Shown here in pieces: positions 7,069 to 15,560 of a DNA stretch of 64,000 nucleotides. Below the pieces are notes generated by a model. The model saw only the letters and a program-made list of their open reading frames with translations. It had not been told where the DNA came from and did not search any database. The first letter of the stretch is position 1. Each line of letters starts with the position of its first letter. A program made the translations under genes and the position numbers. Origin of the DNA: an uncultured virus (IMG/VR IMGVR_UViG_3300048609_000040). Its lineage: Duplodnaviria > Heunggongvirae > Uroviricota > Caudoviricetes. Where the stretch lies: IMG/VR virus record IMGVR_UViG_3300048609_000040; one strand, written 5' to 3'.

Positions 7069-7141
7069 GCCGCCGTAGCTCAGCTAGTAGAGCGCATCCT
7101 CGGTAAGGATGAGGTCGGAGGTGCAACGCCTCTCGGTGGCT
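7069..7141 (+). tRNA. tRNA-Thr(GGT)
   Basis: GCCGCCG/CGGTGGC; CATCC-TC-GGT-AA-GGATG; T loop TGCAACG. Confidence 0.93.
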
Positions 7142-7162
7142 CTGGTGTGCTAGAATCGTAGC

Positions 7163-7270
7163 ATGGTGATTTTTGCGTGGGGTATCTTCGTTCTGGTTGG
7201 AGTTTTGATTGTTCTTCGCCTCATAGCTGAGATTCCGTCAGTGCGTCAGTGGCTCGAAAAACGGAAATGA
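7163..7270 (+). CDS. 35-aa membrane peptide (not in the ORF track)
   Basis: MVIFAWGIFVLVGVLIVLRLIAEIPSVRQWLEKRK; TG-C-TAGAAT 6 nt upstream. Confidence 0.6.
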   Translation: MVIFAWGIFVLVGVLIVLRLIAEIPSVRQWLEKRK

Positions 7271-7274
7271 TAAT

Positions 7275-7345
7275 TCGGGTGTCGGCTAATGGTAGGCCGT
7301 CAGACTTTGGATCTGATTATGGAGGTTCAAGTCCTCCCGCCCGAG
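7275..7345 (+). tRNA. tRNA-Gln(TTG)
   Basis: TCGGGTG/CGCCCGA, G73; TCAGA-CT-TTG-GA-TCTGA. Confidence 0.95.
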
Positions 7346-7357
7346 CTGAGGTTTCTG

Positions 7358-7843
7358 ATGCGTCGTATTCTGTTTTTGGATTTTGATGGTGTGCTTAACA
7401 GTGTTGCGTTTGCTCAACGCACGACGTTTACCGGTTGGCCAGATGGCCACATCGACCCAGAAGCTATCAAACACCTGAATCGTCTCGTCGCTGAGACGTC
7501 TGCCAAGATCGTAATCTCATCATCGTGGCGGAAGATGCTCAACGACGAAGAGTTGGCAGGTGTGTTATCCCGTGCAGGCTGCGTAGGTGAGGTTGTCGGT
7601 AAGACACCGGACTTCTACCAAGTGCCGATATGGAATCGTTCGTCGCCGATCAATAGACGATTTGTTAGAGGTGATGAAATTCAAGCCTGGCTCGACGACC
7701 ATCCCGAAGTTGAGACGTTTGCGATCCTTGACGATGATGATGACATGGCGCACCTAAGCAACTGGCTTGTTCAAACAAGCCACGAGACAGGCCTTCAGGC
7801 TGAACATGTTGAACGTGCGTTGACGTTGCTACAGGATGGGTGA
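7358..7843 (+). CDS. HAD phosphatase, HAD_SAK_2 (RNA-repair-associated) family
   Basis: LFLDFDGVLN, IVISSSWR, RGDEIQAWL and FAILDD motifs. Confidence 0.88.
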   Translation: MRRILFLDFDGVLNSVAFAQRTTFTGWPDGHIDPEAIKHLNRLVAETSAKIVISSSWRKMLNDEELAGVLSRAGCVGEVVGKTPDFYQVPIWNRSSPINRRFVRGDEIQAWLDDHPEVETFAILDDDDDMAHLSNWLVQTSHETGLQAEHVERALTLLQDG

Positions 7844-7905
7844 TTACGATCGTGATTTATCAACGGGACTCATCAAGCCCGTTGATAAATCATGATTGCC
7901 GTTGA

Positions 7906-8226
7906 TTACGGACCGTGGGGCGCGTCTTTGAAGGCTTCCCAACCAGGGAATTTTTCGATGTGTACTCGTGACTTGCCCCATTTGGACACCCACGCCAATT
8001 TCTTGCGACAACTCATGCATCGCAACACCCAATCGGCGTGGTACCCCAAACAAACGCCTCGGCAGTCGTGCCACCAATATCCTTCATCGATCCATTGAGG
8101 ACGATGTGAAACGCCTTCCTTACCACGGCACCAGGTGCGGGTGTCCTTCCTACGCGACTTCCTAGTAGGCATCACAAGGCATTCAAGAGCGCCTCTCACA
8201 ATCTCCCTCTTGTTATATGTTTCCAA
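7906..8226 (-). CDS. hypothetical Cys/His-rich protein
   Basis: ORF directly downstream of the minus-strand HNH; WCRGK and CMSC motifs. Confidence 0.5.
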   Translation of the reverse strand: METYNKREIVRGALECLVMPTRKSRRKDTRTWCRGKEGVSHRPQWIDEGYWWHDCRGVCLGYHADWVLRCMSCRKKLAWVSKWGKSRVHIEKFPGWEAFKDAPHGP

Positions 8227-8759
8227 TTCTTTCCTCGTAATATATCCTTGAGTGTACCAACTTTTATCCCTGTTTGCAGGACGATGTCTTTTCTTGTTAT
8301 GCCCGCTTGACGTAATCGAATTGCCTTACGCACTTGCGTAGGAGACACCGTAGAATTTCCACGACCCTTAACGGCCATGTCATGCATGTTGGTTGCATGT
8401 GATCCAAGAAACATATGTGCGATCCTTACACACCGAGGGTTATCACATCGATGACATATTTCAAGTGCGGCGGGAATTGGACCTTTTTCTGCTGCCCACA
8501 CAAGACGGTGTACATACGCAATTTTACCTCTCTTACCGACGCCGATAACACCGTATCCCTTGTTGTTGACAGCTCCGGTCCAATTCCAACAAGTTTTTGT
8601 TTTTGTAACACGGGACCAGAGGCGCGGCATAAGCGGCAGGATTACACGAATTGGTTTAGGGGCTTCATTATTGATGTAGATGTGCCGATAATGCGACGCA
8701 CACCACCCACGTGCTAAAACCTTTCGACCACATTTCGGAAAACGACAAATCTTTGACAT
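8196..8759 (-). CDS. HNH homing endonuclease (HNH_3 type) with C-terminal HTH
   Basis: CWNWTGA...GYG...YVHRLVW...ICHRCDNPRCV; start at MSKIC. Confidence 0.92.
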   Translation of the reverse strand: MSKICRFPKCGRKVLARGWCASHYRHIYINNEAPKPIRVILPLMPRLWSRVTKTKTCWNWTGAVNNKGYGVIGVGKRGKIAYVHRLVWAAEKGPIPAALEICHRCDNPRCVRIAHMFLGSHATNMHDMAVKGRGNSTVSPTQVRKAIRLRQAGITRKDIVLQTGIKVGTLKDILRGKNWKHITRGRL

Positions 8760-8809
8760 CACCTTTTCATAACATGTTGGAACATTGAGTGCAAATCGTA
8801 GAAACAGTT

Positions 8810-8885
8810 GGCCCTGTAGCCAAGCTAGCAAAGGCAATGGTCCGCAAAACCATGATCCTCGGTGCGAATCCGAGCAGGGCCTCCA
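8810..8885 (+). tRNA. tRNA-Cys(GCA)
   Basis: GGCCCTG/CAGGGCC-T-CCA; ATGGT-CC-GCA-AA-ACCAT; T loop TGCGAAT. Confidence 0.94.
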
Positions 8886-8915
8886 AGGCTTCACGTGTGG
8901 TACACTCAGCATGTC

Positions 8916-9356
8916 ATGCGCAAACGAAAATCACTAGACGGAGGTGTTGAACAGTCCCCACCAACAGTTGCTGAAGCGGTCGAGGTTCTCGACACCGCTT
9001 ACAGTGAGCTAACCAAGGCGGCATCGAAAATCAAGCGACGTGAAGCTGCTGAGAAGGGCTGGTTGGCCGCGAGGTTACTAGCACAAGCTGTTTTGGCCTG
9101 CGCCAACGAAGATTGGCGGTCGCCTGAAGGGTTGGCGATGCGGCTTCGTCGAACAGAACTCAAACTGGACCCGCATTGTAGACCGTGGCTCGACGAGGCT
9201 ATACGTATAGGACGTGACAGCTTACACGGGCAGTGCTTCTACACAGGTGCTGAGGAAGCCTGTCAAACAAACGAAATCCGTGCAGGGCTTGATAAAGTCA
9301 AACTGGCAATACCACGCGCAAAACGTCTTTGCACAATCGGATCACGCAAGAAGTAG
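8916..9356 (+). CDS. PaREP1/HEPN-like helical protein
   Basis: EAAEKGWLAA and LHGQCFYTG resemble the PaREP1 A.EK.W.A and LH..FY.G motifs. Confidence 0.55.
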   Translation: MRKRKSLDGGVEQSPPTVAEAVEVLDTAYSELTKAASKIKRREAAEKGWLAARLLAQAVLACANEDWRSPEGLAMRLRRTELKLDPHCRPWLDEAIRIGRDSLHGQCFYTGAEEACQTNEIRAGLDKVKLAIPRAKRLCTIGSRKK

Positions 9357-9802
9357 ATCCTGTAGCTGTAGGAGGAAAGCTCGTGAATAAACAGAATCAA
9401 GATTGGGTTTGGGCGTATCACACGACAACCAAAGCTAATTTGGAATCTATTTGTCAGTACGGGTTATGTCCAACCTGGCACGAGCATGTTGAAGACGCAC
9501 CAGTCATCTTTGTAGAGCCCGACGTTGAGGGGTTGGAACCTTACGTCGATGCGGATAGTGTTGTGTTTCGTTTTAAAACACCTGGGTTTGGAACTACGGA
9601 AGATGGAGAAGCTGTAATCTACGGAGGGCCGGGCCGTTCTGGTCGTCCTGATCCTCCGTTTGTTGGTGACGTAGGAAGTGATGGTGTAATACCGCCAAGC
9701 AATCTTGAGATTTTATACAAGCGTCGTTGGGTTAATTTAGGCCGGTACTGTTAACACAACATTAACGTCTCGCTGGCAACACCACACACAAAACGTCTTT
9801 GC
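9303..9802 (+). repeat. 30-nt imperfect direct repeats (9303-9332, 9773-9802) flanking the ART-like gene
   Basis: CTGGCAATACCACGCGCAAAACGTCTTTGC vs CTGGCAACACCACACACAAAACGTCTTTGC (27/30 identical). Confidence 0.85.
9383..9754 (+). CDS. ADP-ribosyltransferase/Tpt1-like fold protein
   Basis: AYHTT...NLESI...GL.P...IFV pattern of the ART fold; GGAGG RBS before GTG. Confidence 0.55.
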   Translation: MNKQNQDWVWAYHTTTKANLESICQYGLCPTWHEHVEDAPVIFVEPDVEGLEPYVDADSVVFRFKTPGFGTTEDGEAVIYGGPGRSGRPDPPFVGDVGSDGVIPPSNLEILYKRRWVNLGRYC

Positions 9803-9805
9803 TTG

Positions 9806-9875
9806 GCCTCGCGGGCCGGATGCCCAGTTACGTCTTCTAAATGTGACGTGCTAAGTTCAACTCTTAGGCGAGGCG
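9806..9875 (+). tRNA. tRNA-Arg(TCT) with miniature D arm
   Basis: GCCTCGC/GCGAGGC; D arm GGGC-CGGAT-GCCC; loop CT-TCT-AA; CTAAG-TTCAACT-CTTAG. Confidence 0.82.
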
Positions 9876-9878
9876 CTT

Positions 9879-9950
9879 GATCCCGTGGCTGAACAGATTA
9901 GGCGCCGCTCCCCTAAAGCGGACTATACGGGTGCAAATCCTGTCGGGATC
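9879..9950 (+). tRNA. tRNA-Arg(CCT)-like with a 6-nt anticodon loop (CCCTAA)
   Basis: GATCCCG/CGGGATC; CCGCT-CCCTAA-AGCGG; Arg-type D loop; T loop TGCAAAT. Confidence 0.7.
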
Positions 9951-9959
9951 ACTTCTTAC

Positions 9960-10289
9960 TCAGCGGCCTTGTGGTGCCTGCGTACGTAGTCTGTGTCTTG
10001 GACAACTGTGTTGTAGGGCTTCCCATGCTCGATCACGCCCTACAAAATCTATGAAGGCTCTCGCAGCGCTGTCTGCGCTGCCATAGTCGTGTTGTTGCTG
10101 CTTAGTAATGAGCGCAAACCACTTTCTACCAACAGCTGTTCGGTACGGTCCTACAGAGACAAGTTGTTTGCCACCGTCAGCACGTGGCTTCACCTTGTGT
10201 ATCATCACCACGCAGCCTTCTTTAATGGCTTGGGCGATTTGATACTTGACTTGTCGAGGAGGTTGACGAGACCGTTGAAAAAAGCTCAT
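9960..10289 (-). CDS. hypothetical protein
   Basis: 109-aa ORF co-directional with the next gene. Confidence 0.55.
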   Translation of the reverse strand: MSFFQRSRQPPRQVKYQIAQAIKEGCVVMIHKVKPRADGGKQLVSVGPYRTAVGRKWFALITKQQQHDYGSADSAARAFIDFVGRDRAWEALQHSCPRHRLRTQAPQGR

Positions 10290-10292
10290 GTC

Positions 10293-10634
10293 CTAATCTA
10301 CAACAACTTCAAGCGGTTCGTCCAAGAAAGTTGGATCTGCTGGGCGTGGTTTTCTGATTGCTTTTCTGCCTTGGATTGGTCGTAGCACCTTTGCGCCGTA
10401 TTGTATCTCTATTGCGACTATTTCTGCATTTGTCATATCTGCCAGTGTTCGACACCGCAGCGTAGCCGGCGTGTAACCTAGTTTCTCCATCCACACTTTC
10501 GCGCTACCACGTTTAGGAGCCCAACTTTTCTTCAGCGCAGGCTTCGGCGGCTCGACCTTGCCATTTTTGGGCTTGCCGTTCTTAGCTTTGCCGTTTTTGC
10601 TTTGTGGCTTGGGAGGCGTTTTTCGCCGTGGCAT
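10293..10634 (-). CDS. Lys/Pro-rich basic hypothetical protein
   Basis: KNGK repeats; start at MPRRK. Confidence 0.55.
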   Translation of the reverse strand: MPRRKTPPKPQSKNGKAKNGKPKNGKVEPPKPALKKSWAPKRGSAKVWMEKLGYTPATLRCRTLADMTNAEIVAIEIQYGAKVLRPIQGRKAIRKPRPADPTFLDEPLEVVVD

Positions 10635-10789
10635 CAATGTGTTAGTAACACATACCGATCGTAGCGGCGATCCAATTTCCCGCTGTTTGTCTGTTGTGGC
10701 CAGATACGGCCGGATTTGACCAGATCGTCTAACCAACTGAGATATTAGATGTATTTACGTTTGTCACTGCTGTGTGGTAGGCTGATTTT

Positions 10790-11095
10790 ATGATCGCTGC
10801 TGTGACCATAAAAGTTCCGCATCAGACGCCAGAGGGCACGATGATCGTCGAGCACTTTCTTGTAGCCCTCGCAGCCAAACCCAAGAAAATCGGCGTGACC
10901 ATTGAGGTGCTAACTGCATGTGGGTGGCACGGCCCAATCAAAGCTAGCGAGTTTCATCTCCACTACTACTTCGCGAAGGAGGGAAAGCCTTCGTTGCCGG
11001 TAGTCAATTGCGGTGCCTGTTACAGTGCGGTGCTTGACGGCACTATCAACCTACCTGCTCAGACAGAACCCGAAGATCCTTCGTCACTCCGTTGA
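10790..11095 (+). CDS. hypothetical protein
   Basis: TG-G-TAGGCT 6 nt before the ATG. Confidence 0.6.
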   Translation: MIAAVTIKVPHQTPEGTMIVEHFLVALAAKPKKIGVTIEVLTACGWHGPIKASEFHLHYYFAKEGKPSLPVVNCGACYSAVLDGTINLPAQTEPEDPSSLR

Positions 11096-11115
11096 CGGTG
11101 TGATAAGTTGTGTTC

Positions 11116-11391
11116 ATGGCAAAGCAACCAAAGAAAGCCGTTCTTGACCTTGGACTTATTCCAGGCACACCAGCTGAGCAGCGTGCTCGTGCTCGCACGA
11201 TGCAGTACCCAATCGTCATCGAGAAGGTTGGCAGTCGTTACCGTATCGATGTTGTAGGCACACCAATCGGTTTCGTTCCTACCAAGAAAGCAGCGTGTAG
11301 CGCCGCACATCAAGTAGGTCGTTACCGTTTGCAACTGGGCGACATGGCTTTCGCGTACGTGAAGGGCTGGAAAGGCTGTGAGCGAGCCTGA
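11116..11391 (+). CDS. hypothetical protein
   Basis: TG-A-TAAGTT 6 nt before the ATG; TGATG overlap with the next gene. Confidence 0.6.
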   Translation: MAKQPKKAVLDLGLIPGTPAEQRARARTMQYPIVIEKVGSRYRIDVVGTPIGFVPTKKAACSAAHQVGRYRLQLGDMAFAYVKGWKGCERA

Positions 11392-11993
11392 TGTTAGGTC
11401 AAGTTGAGCCTTTCCAGCAAAGTACGCAATTCAACTGCTCAGCGGCGTCGTTGCATGCCGTACTCAAGCATTGGGGCCGCGACATCGACGAGTCAGCTCT
11501 GGCACAGTTGCTTCACGTCAGTCCTGTCTTCGGAGCGACTGCCAAGCGTGTAGTAAAGGTTGCACGAGGCCTCGGCTACAAAGCCACTCAACGACATTTT
11601 CGATCGCTAGCCGAACTGAAAAGCCTAACAGACAAGGATGTTCCAGTTATCGCCCGCGTCCTTAGCTTCAAGCATCCTGGGCAGCACCACTTTGTGGTGG
11701 TTACCAGTGTTGATGCTGTTGGCGTGACGTTGATGGATCCAAACGTCGATGGAAATCGACGATGGCTTACACATCAACAAATGAAAGAGCGTTGGGTACC
11801 CAATCGTCTCGGCGTGGTTATCGTTCCGACGTCGACAGCATTTGGTGAAGTTTCGCCATCAGGCTACGTATGGACGTGGCTTGGTGCTGCAGCCGCAGCG
11901 GTTGTTGGTGTTGTAGCTGGGTGGTATTACAGGTCTCACCTTGAGGTGGTGAGTGACCATAAAAGATCTAGACGCGGTCGACCGCCGAACTAG
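11391..11993 (+). CDS. C39-like cysteine peptidase with C-terminal TM
   Basis: QQSTQFNCSAASL, HFVVV and MDP catalytic motifs; TM near the C-terminus. Confidence 0.85.
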   Translation: MLGQVEPFQQSTQFNCSAASLHAVLKHWGRDIDESALAQLLHVSPVFGATAKRVVKVARGLGYKATQRHFRSLAELKSLTDKDVPVIARVLSFKHPGQHHFVVVTSVDAVGVTLMDPNVDGNRRWLTHQQMKERWVPNRLGVVIVPTSTAFGEVSPSGYVWTWLGAAAAAVVGVVAGWYYRSHLEVVSDHKRSRRGRPPN

Positions 11994-12051
11994 GGGTCGC
12001 ACCTTGAGGTGGTGAGTGACCATATGGGATCTAGACGCGGCCGACTAGGGG
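11932..12051 (+). repeat. two-copy tandem repeat, 63-nt period, hairpin-forming
   Basis: GGTC(T/G)CACCTTGAGGTGGTGAGTGACCATA...GATCTAGACGCGG(T/C)CGAC at 11932 and 11995. Confidence 0.9.
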
Positions 12052-12329
12052 AACAGGGGCTCAACTACCTGTTGAGCAGCCACTTCGTGCAGTGGGCGCA
12101 GTCTGAGGTATCTCACGAGCGGCCAGTAGTTCGATGTTTGACCGTTAGGCGTTGTAGCCCGAACCACGTAGCTTTCGTGGTTGCGCGGTCTGGCGGCACT
12201 TTTCTTGGGCTTGAACGTGGTAGGAACAACACCGACCGCCACGATTTCGATGATCGTACCTGTCTTCTCAACCGTGCGACCAGCTGATTGACTCGACCAT
12301 CTGACTTGATCATTCAACTTGAACTGCAT
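12045..12329 (-). CDS. hypothetical protein (SH3-like beta fold possible)
   Basis: FKLNDQVRWSSQ...G.IIEIV...RNHESYVV...YWP. Confidence 0.65.
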   Translation of the reverse strand: MQFKLNDQVRWSSQSAGRTVEKTGTIIEIVAVGVVPTTFKPKKSAARPRNHESYVVRATTPNGQTSNYWPLVRYLRLRPLHEVAAQQVVEPLFP

Positions 12330-12579
12330 ATTGTACTTATAGCAATCCTCGCTCGTTCAGGCAAGTAGCTCCATGCAAATCGTAGACGCTTATTGGACGC
12401 AGATCGTCAACATGCTTGTGATTGTATGTGATTGCGGTTATCGCTTCGACCACCGCGCCGATCGTTGGCGTTTACGTTGTCCGCGTTGCGGTGCATTAGA
12501 TAGACTAGATAAACTGCGTGACCGTTATGTCAACGTAGATGGTTGACAGCTTGTCATACCTCGGTGGTAGACTCCGTCC

Positions 12580-13119
12580 ATGAATTGGGAGACCGTTGAG
12601 CGACCTGGGTACTTCGGGCGTAGGCGTGATCAAAAGATCGCCGGTTATGATGCCAAGTACGGAGTTGGAAACTGGCGCATTGTTCACGTCGTCGAAGGCG
12701 TGGCCTACGAGTTCGTCGACGCCTGCAAGCTCTTCTACGAGGAGAGTTACTATCGGTACCTCAAGGACCGTCCAGCTGACGTGGACTTCATCTGCATGTT
12801 TGGCGAGTGTATAGACAATGCTCCATCAAATATCCAATCAGGTTGCGACTACTCGATTCAAGAGTCCTACTCTTGTCACATACAAGACATTGCGGTGCGC
12901 AACACGTTGAAGCGTCTCGGCCGCTGGTTTACAGCGGAGCGCGAAGAGATCCTCATCATTCGTTCATCTGACACAAACGGCTACCGCTTCGGTCCTGGCA
13001 ACATCCCGTTCTATGATCCTGCACTGATCACGCAGCCTGAAATCCGGCCTGGTTGGGCCAACACAAAATCGGTCGAGGCATTCTATCAAAGCAACAAGAC
13101 ATTGCAATGTCGCAGATAA
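12580..13119 (+). CDS. hypothetical protein
   Basis: 179 aa; extended -10 TG-G-TAGACT 6 nt upstream and TTGACA at 12543. Confidence 0.8.
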   Translation: MNWETVERPGYFGRRRDQKIAGYDAKYGVGNWRIVHVVEGVAYEFVDACKLFYEESYYRYLKDRPADVDFICMFGECIDNAPSNIQSGCDYSIQESYSCHIQDIAVRNTLKRLGRWFTAEREEILIIRSSDTNGYRFGPGNIPFYDPALITQPEIRPGWANTKSVEAFYQSNKTLQCRR

Positions 13120-13364
13120 ATCCCAAAGACGGTGACGTAATCATTAGTTGTGGGCACATCGATACAGCCACCAGTTGGCACTGGTTTCAGTTTGACACCC
13201 CAATCGGTTACATACGTTTTGATGGATCTTCTGGTGTCGCTCAATGGCAAGTTTGTTGTGATGCCTGTTTTGTTTCCGTCGGCGGCGACCCTGATAACAT
13301 TCCTGCGGTAGAAGATCATGTTTGGCAAGGCGACGGTCCTGTTTTCTCACTAGAAAACAACTAG
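13107..13364 (+). CDS. hypothetical protein
   Basis: Overlaps the upstream stop; CGH and CCDAC motifs. Confidence 0.55.
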   Translation: MSQINPKDGDVIISCGHIDTATSWHWFQFDTPIGYIRFDGSSGVAQWQVCCDACFVSVGGDPDNIPAVEDHVWQGDGPVFSLENN

Positions 13365-13438
13365 TCTAGCTGTGAACAACCTGTGGATTGGTAAAGCAAG
13401 CTTGACATACATCATGCGATTGTGAGAAATCCGTGTGA

Positions 13439-13603
13439 ATGAATAGGAACGACAGGCTAGTTGTGGTTCACTTGTTGCTCCGCGAGGAAGACGTAAAGAC
13501 AACGCGTCGCATCGCGAAGAAGCTTGGAACGGCCTATCAGGCACTGTTGCGGTGTTGGATCGCCGAAAAAGTAATCGAAGAATCGAAGCTGTCGATCACG
13601 TAA
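13439..13603 (+). CDS. CopG/ribbon-helix-helix-like small regulator (not in the ORF track)
   Basis: 54 aa, VHLLLREEDV...IAKKLGTAYQALLRCWIAEKV; TTGACA at 13402 upstream. Confidence 0.6.
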   Translation: MNRNDRLVVVHLLLREEDVKTTRRIAKKLGTAYQALLRCWIAEKVIEESKLSIT

Positions 13604-13620
13604 AACAGAGGACGATTAAG

Positions 13621-15513
13621 ATGCCAACACAAGAAAATCTCGGCCCTGCTGAACACATCATCGAGTCGCTGTTGACGTACAGTGGCCACTTGTACCATGG
13701 ACGTTGTGGTGTCGTATCATCCGATCAACGTTTCAGTATCGGAGTTCGGTGGGAGCCTGTCTCCTACAAAGTCGAAGACGGTCAAAAAGTCGTCTACAAG
13801 CTTGAGAAAGTTGGAAAGAAGTCTCGTCGTACTCGTATCGGTGTGCTTACCGAAGACAACAAGGTCATGAACGGCGGCCCTGTGCCGATCGCGGAGTATC
13901 GTCCTGCTGGACTGTTTCCCGAGGTTGCAGCGTGGTTCTACAAACAGGTTGCTGAGGTCTGGACACTAGACAACGAGTTCGCTGCTCGCTGGGCTAGTTA
14001 CGCCTTCGACCAAGAGCACCGTGACCTCAAAGTTGTGCTTGCTGCGTTCATGCTAGTTCAAGCACGCAAAGGGGCCGCTGTCCTAGACGCTGGCAAGATC
14101 GTCTTCCACGACGAGGACTACCGTGACGTCGGCGAAGCGATGATGCTGATCCGCCGCAAAGACGGCAAAGACCTGAATCCGAAGCTGCTGCTGCGTATCC
14201 ACGATGTCCTACGGTTGCCGGCAGTCGCTGCGATCAACCACGATCTTGGTTTTGGGTTGTCTGCGCGTCGTCCTTTCCTGGGACGGTGGCCGAAGACCGT
14301 CGAGAAGTGGTTGCGGCACCGCGAACAGAACCCGAGAATGCTCGACGGGCTCGTCAAGGCAGGCTTCCGCACGACCGTCATGGAGTTGGCGCGTAGAATC
14401 GGCTACAAGCCCGAGACGCCATACTTCTTTGAGGCGCTTCGCTGGAAACAATGTCAGGCCGAAGACGGTCGTCGTACGCTCGCGATCGGCGAGGCCGTCA
14501 AGGCCGCAGAATCTTGGGCAGGACTTAGCGAGATGCAGGTCTGCGAGAAGATCGTAGCCCAAAAACCGGACTGGAAGCGGATAGTGGGCCTTCTGCCTAA
14601 GGACGTCGGCGTAACGCGTGCCGTGGTCGCAGCGGCAATTGAAGCTGCGTGTCTTTCAGACAAAGACTTGATCATTCTAACGCCGACGCTCGAAGAGCTT
14701 GGGTTGCTTGACGTTCCAGATGTTCGTGGGCGGTGGGAACAGGCAGTCAAAGCCTCTGATGATATGCGTGCGGCCAACATCGCCCGCAACGTGCAAAGCA
14801 AACAGGTTGCTGAAAAGCTTCAAGAGGCAGCCGATATAGCTGTCCAGAAGGCAGTCGAGGAGGTCGTTCGTCAACTCCGTGTCTACTTCCTGGTCGACAT
14901 CTCTGGTTCGATGGCTGGATCGATTGATCGTGCGAAGGTCTGTATCGCCAAGTTCTTGCAGGCGTTCCCGCTCAACCAGCTTCACATCGCTGTGTTCAAC
15001 ACGGCGGCTCGTGAAATCGTTCTCAAGCACGCGTCAGCAGCAGGTGTAGAGAACGCTTTTCGCGGCATTCAAGCCAGTGGTGGAACCGACTATGGCGCAG
15101 GCGTAAGGGCGCTTTCAATACATCGTCCAAAAGAAGACGAAGACGCCTTGTTCATCTTTGTGGGCGACGAAGAAGCAGCGTCGTTCACAACCGCGGTGCA
15201 GGCGTCTGGGCTTCGTCCTTTGGCGTTTGGGTTCTTGAAAACTGTAGCGGCAGATGGTGCAGCAGGCTGGCGGGTACGCCAGTACGGTCCTGATCGTAAC
15301 AAGGCCGTTCGTGAAACCGCTACGCAGCTTGGCATTCCGTGCTGCATGCTCGACGAAGCAATGTTTGATGATCCATACGCGATCCCGAGGACATTACAGA
15401 TTTTGATTGCCGCAACGCCTGTTGGTGTTACACAAAACGTACGTACACCGCGTGTAACGTTAATCGATCGAATCTTGAAGACACCGTTATTGCCTAAGCC
15501 CGCATGGGCTTAG
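13621..15513 (+). CDS. vWA-domain protein with a long helical N-terminal region (TROVE/Ro60-like architecture)
   Basis: MIDAS motifs DISGS, GGTD and VGDE in the C-terminal third; helical N-terminus; GAGGA RBS. Confidence 0.8.
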   Translation: MPTQENLGPAEHIIESLLTYSGHLYHGRCGVVSSDQRFSIGVRWEPVSYKVEDGQKVVYKLEKVGKKSRRTRIGVLTEDNKVMNGGPVPIAEYRPAGLFPEVAAWFYKQVAEVWTLDNEFAARWASYAFDQEHRDLKVVLAAFMLVQARKGAAVLDAGKIVFHDEDYRDVGEAMMLIRRKDGKDLNPKLLLRIHDVLRLPAVAAINHDLGFGLSARRPFLGRWPKTVEKWLRHREQNPRMLDGLVKAGFRTTVMELARRIGYKPETPYFFEALRWKQCQAEDGRRTLAIGEAVKAAESWAGLSEMQVCEKIVAQKPDWKRIVGLLPKDVGVTRAVVAAAIEAACLSDKDLIILTPTLEELGLLDVPDVRGRWEQAVKASDDMRAANIARNVQSKQVAEKLQEAADIAVQKAVEEVVRQLRVYFLVDISGSMAGSIDRAKVCIAKFLQAFPLNQLHIAVFNTAAREIVLKHASAAGVENAFRGIQASGGTDYGAGVRALSIHRPKEDEDALFIFVGDEEAASFTTAVQASGLRPLAFGFLKTVAADGAAGWRVRQYGPDRNKAVRETATQLGIPCCMLDEAMFDDPYAIPRTLQILIAATPVGVTQNVRTPRVTLIDRILKTPLLPKPAWA

Positions 15514-15560
15514 ATGCCTAAAGCGACCCTCAATAACACCTGTAGAACAAGGACTCAACT

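Noticed and set aside
84..7474. ORFs overlapping tRNA genes (e.g. 144..692 -, 1770..2276 -, 3385..3567 +, 4797..5087 +, 6555..6839 +)
   Set aside because: They are translations of tRNA sequence on either strand, with no protein motifs
11932..12051. Possible CRISPR array
   Set aside because: Only two units, no unique spacers of regular length, and no cas genes
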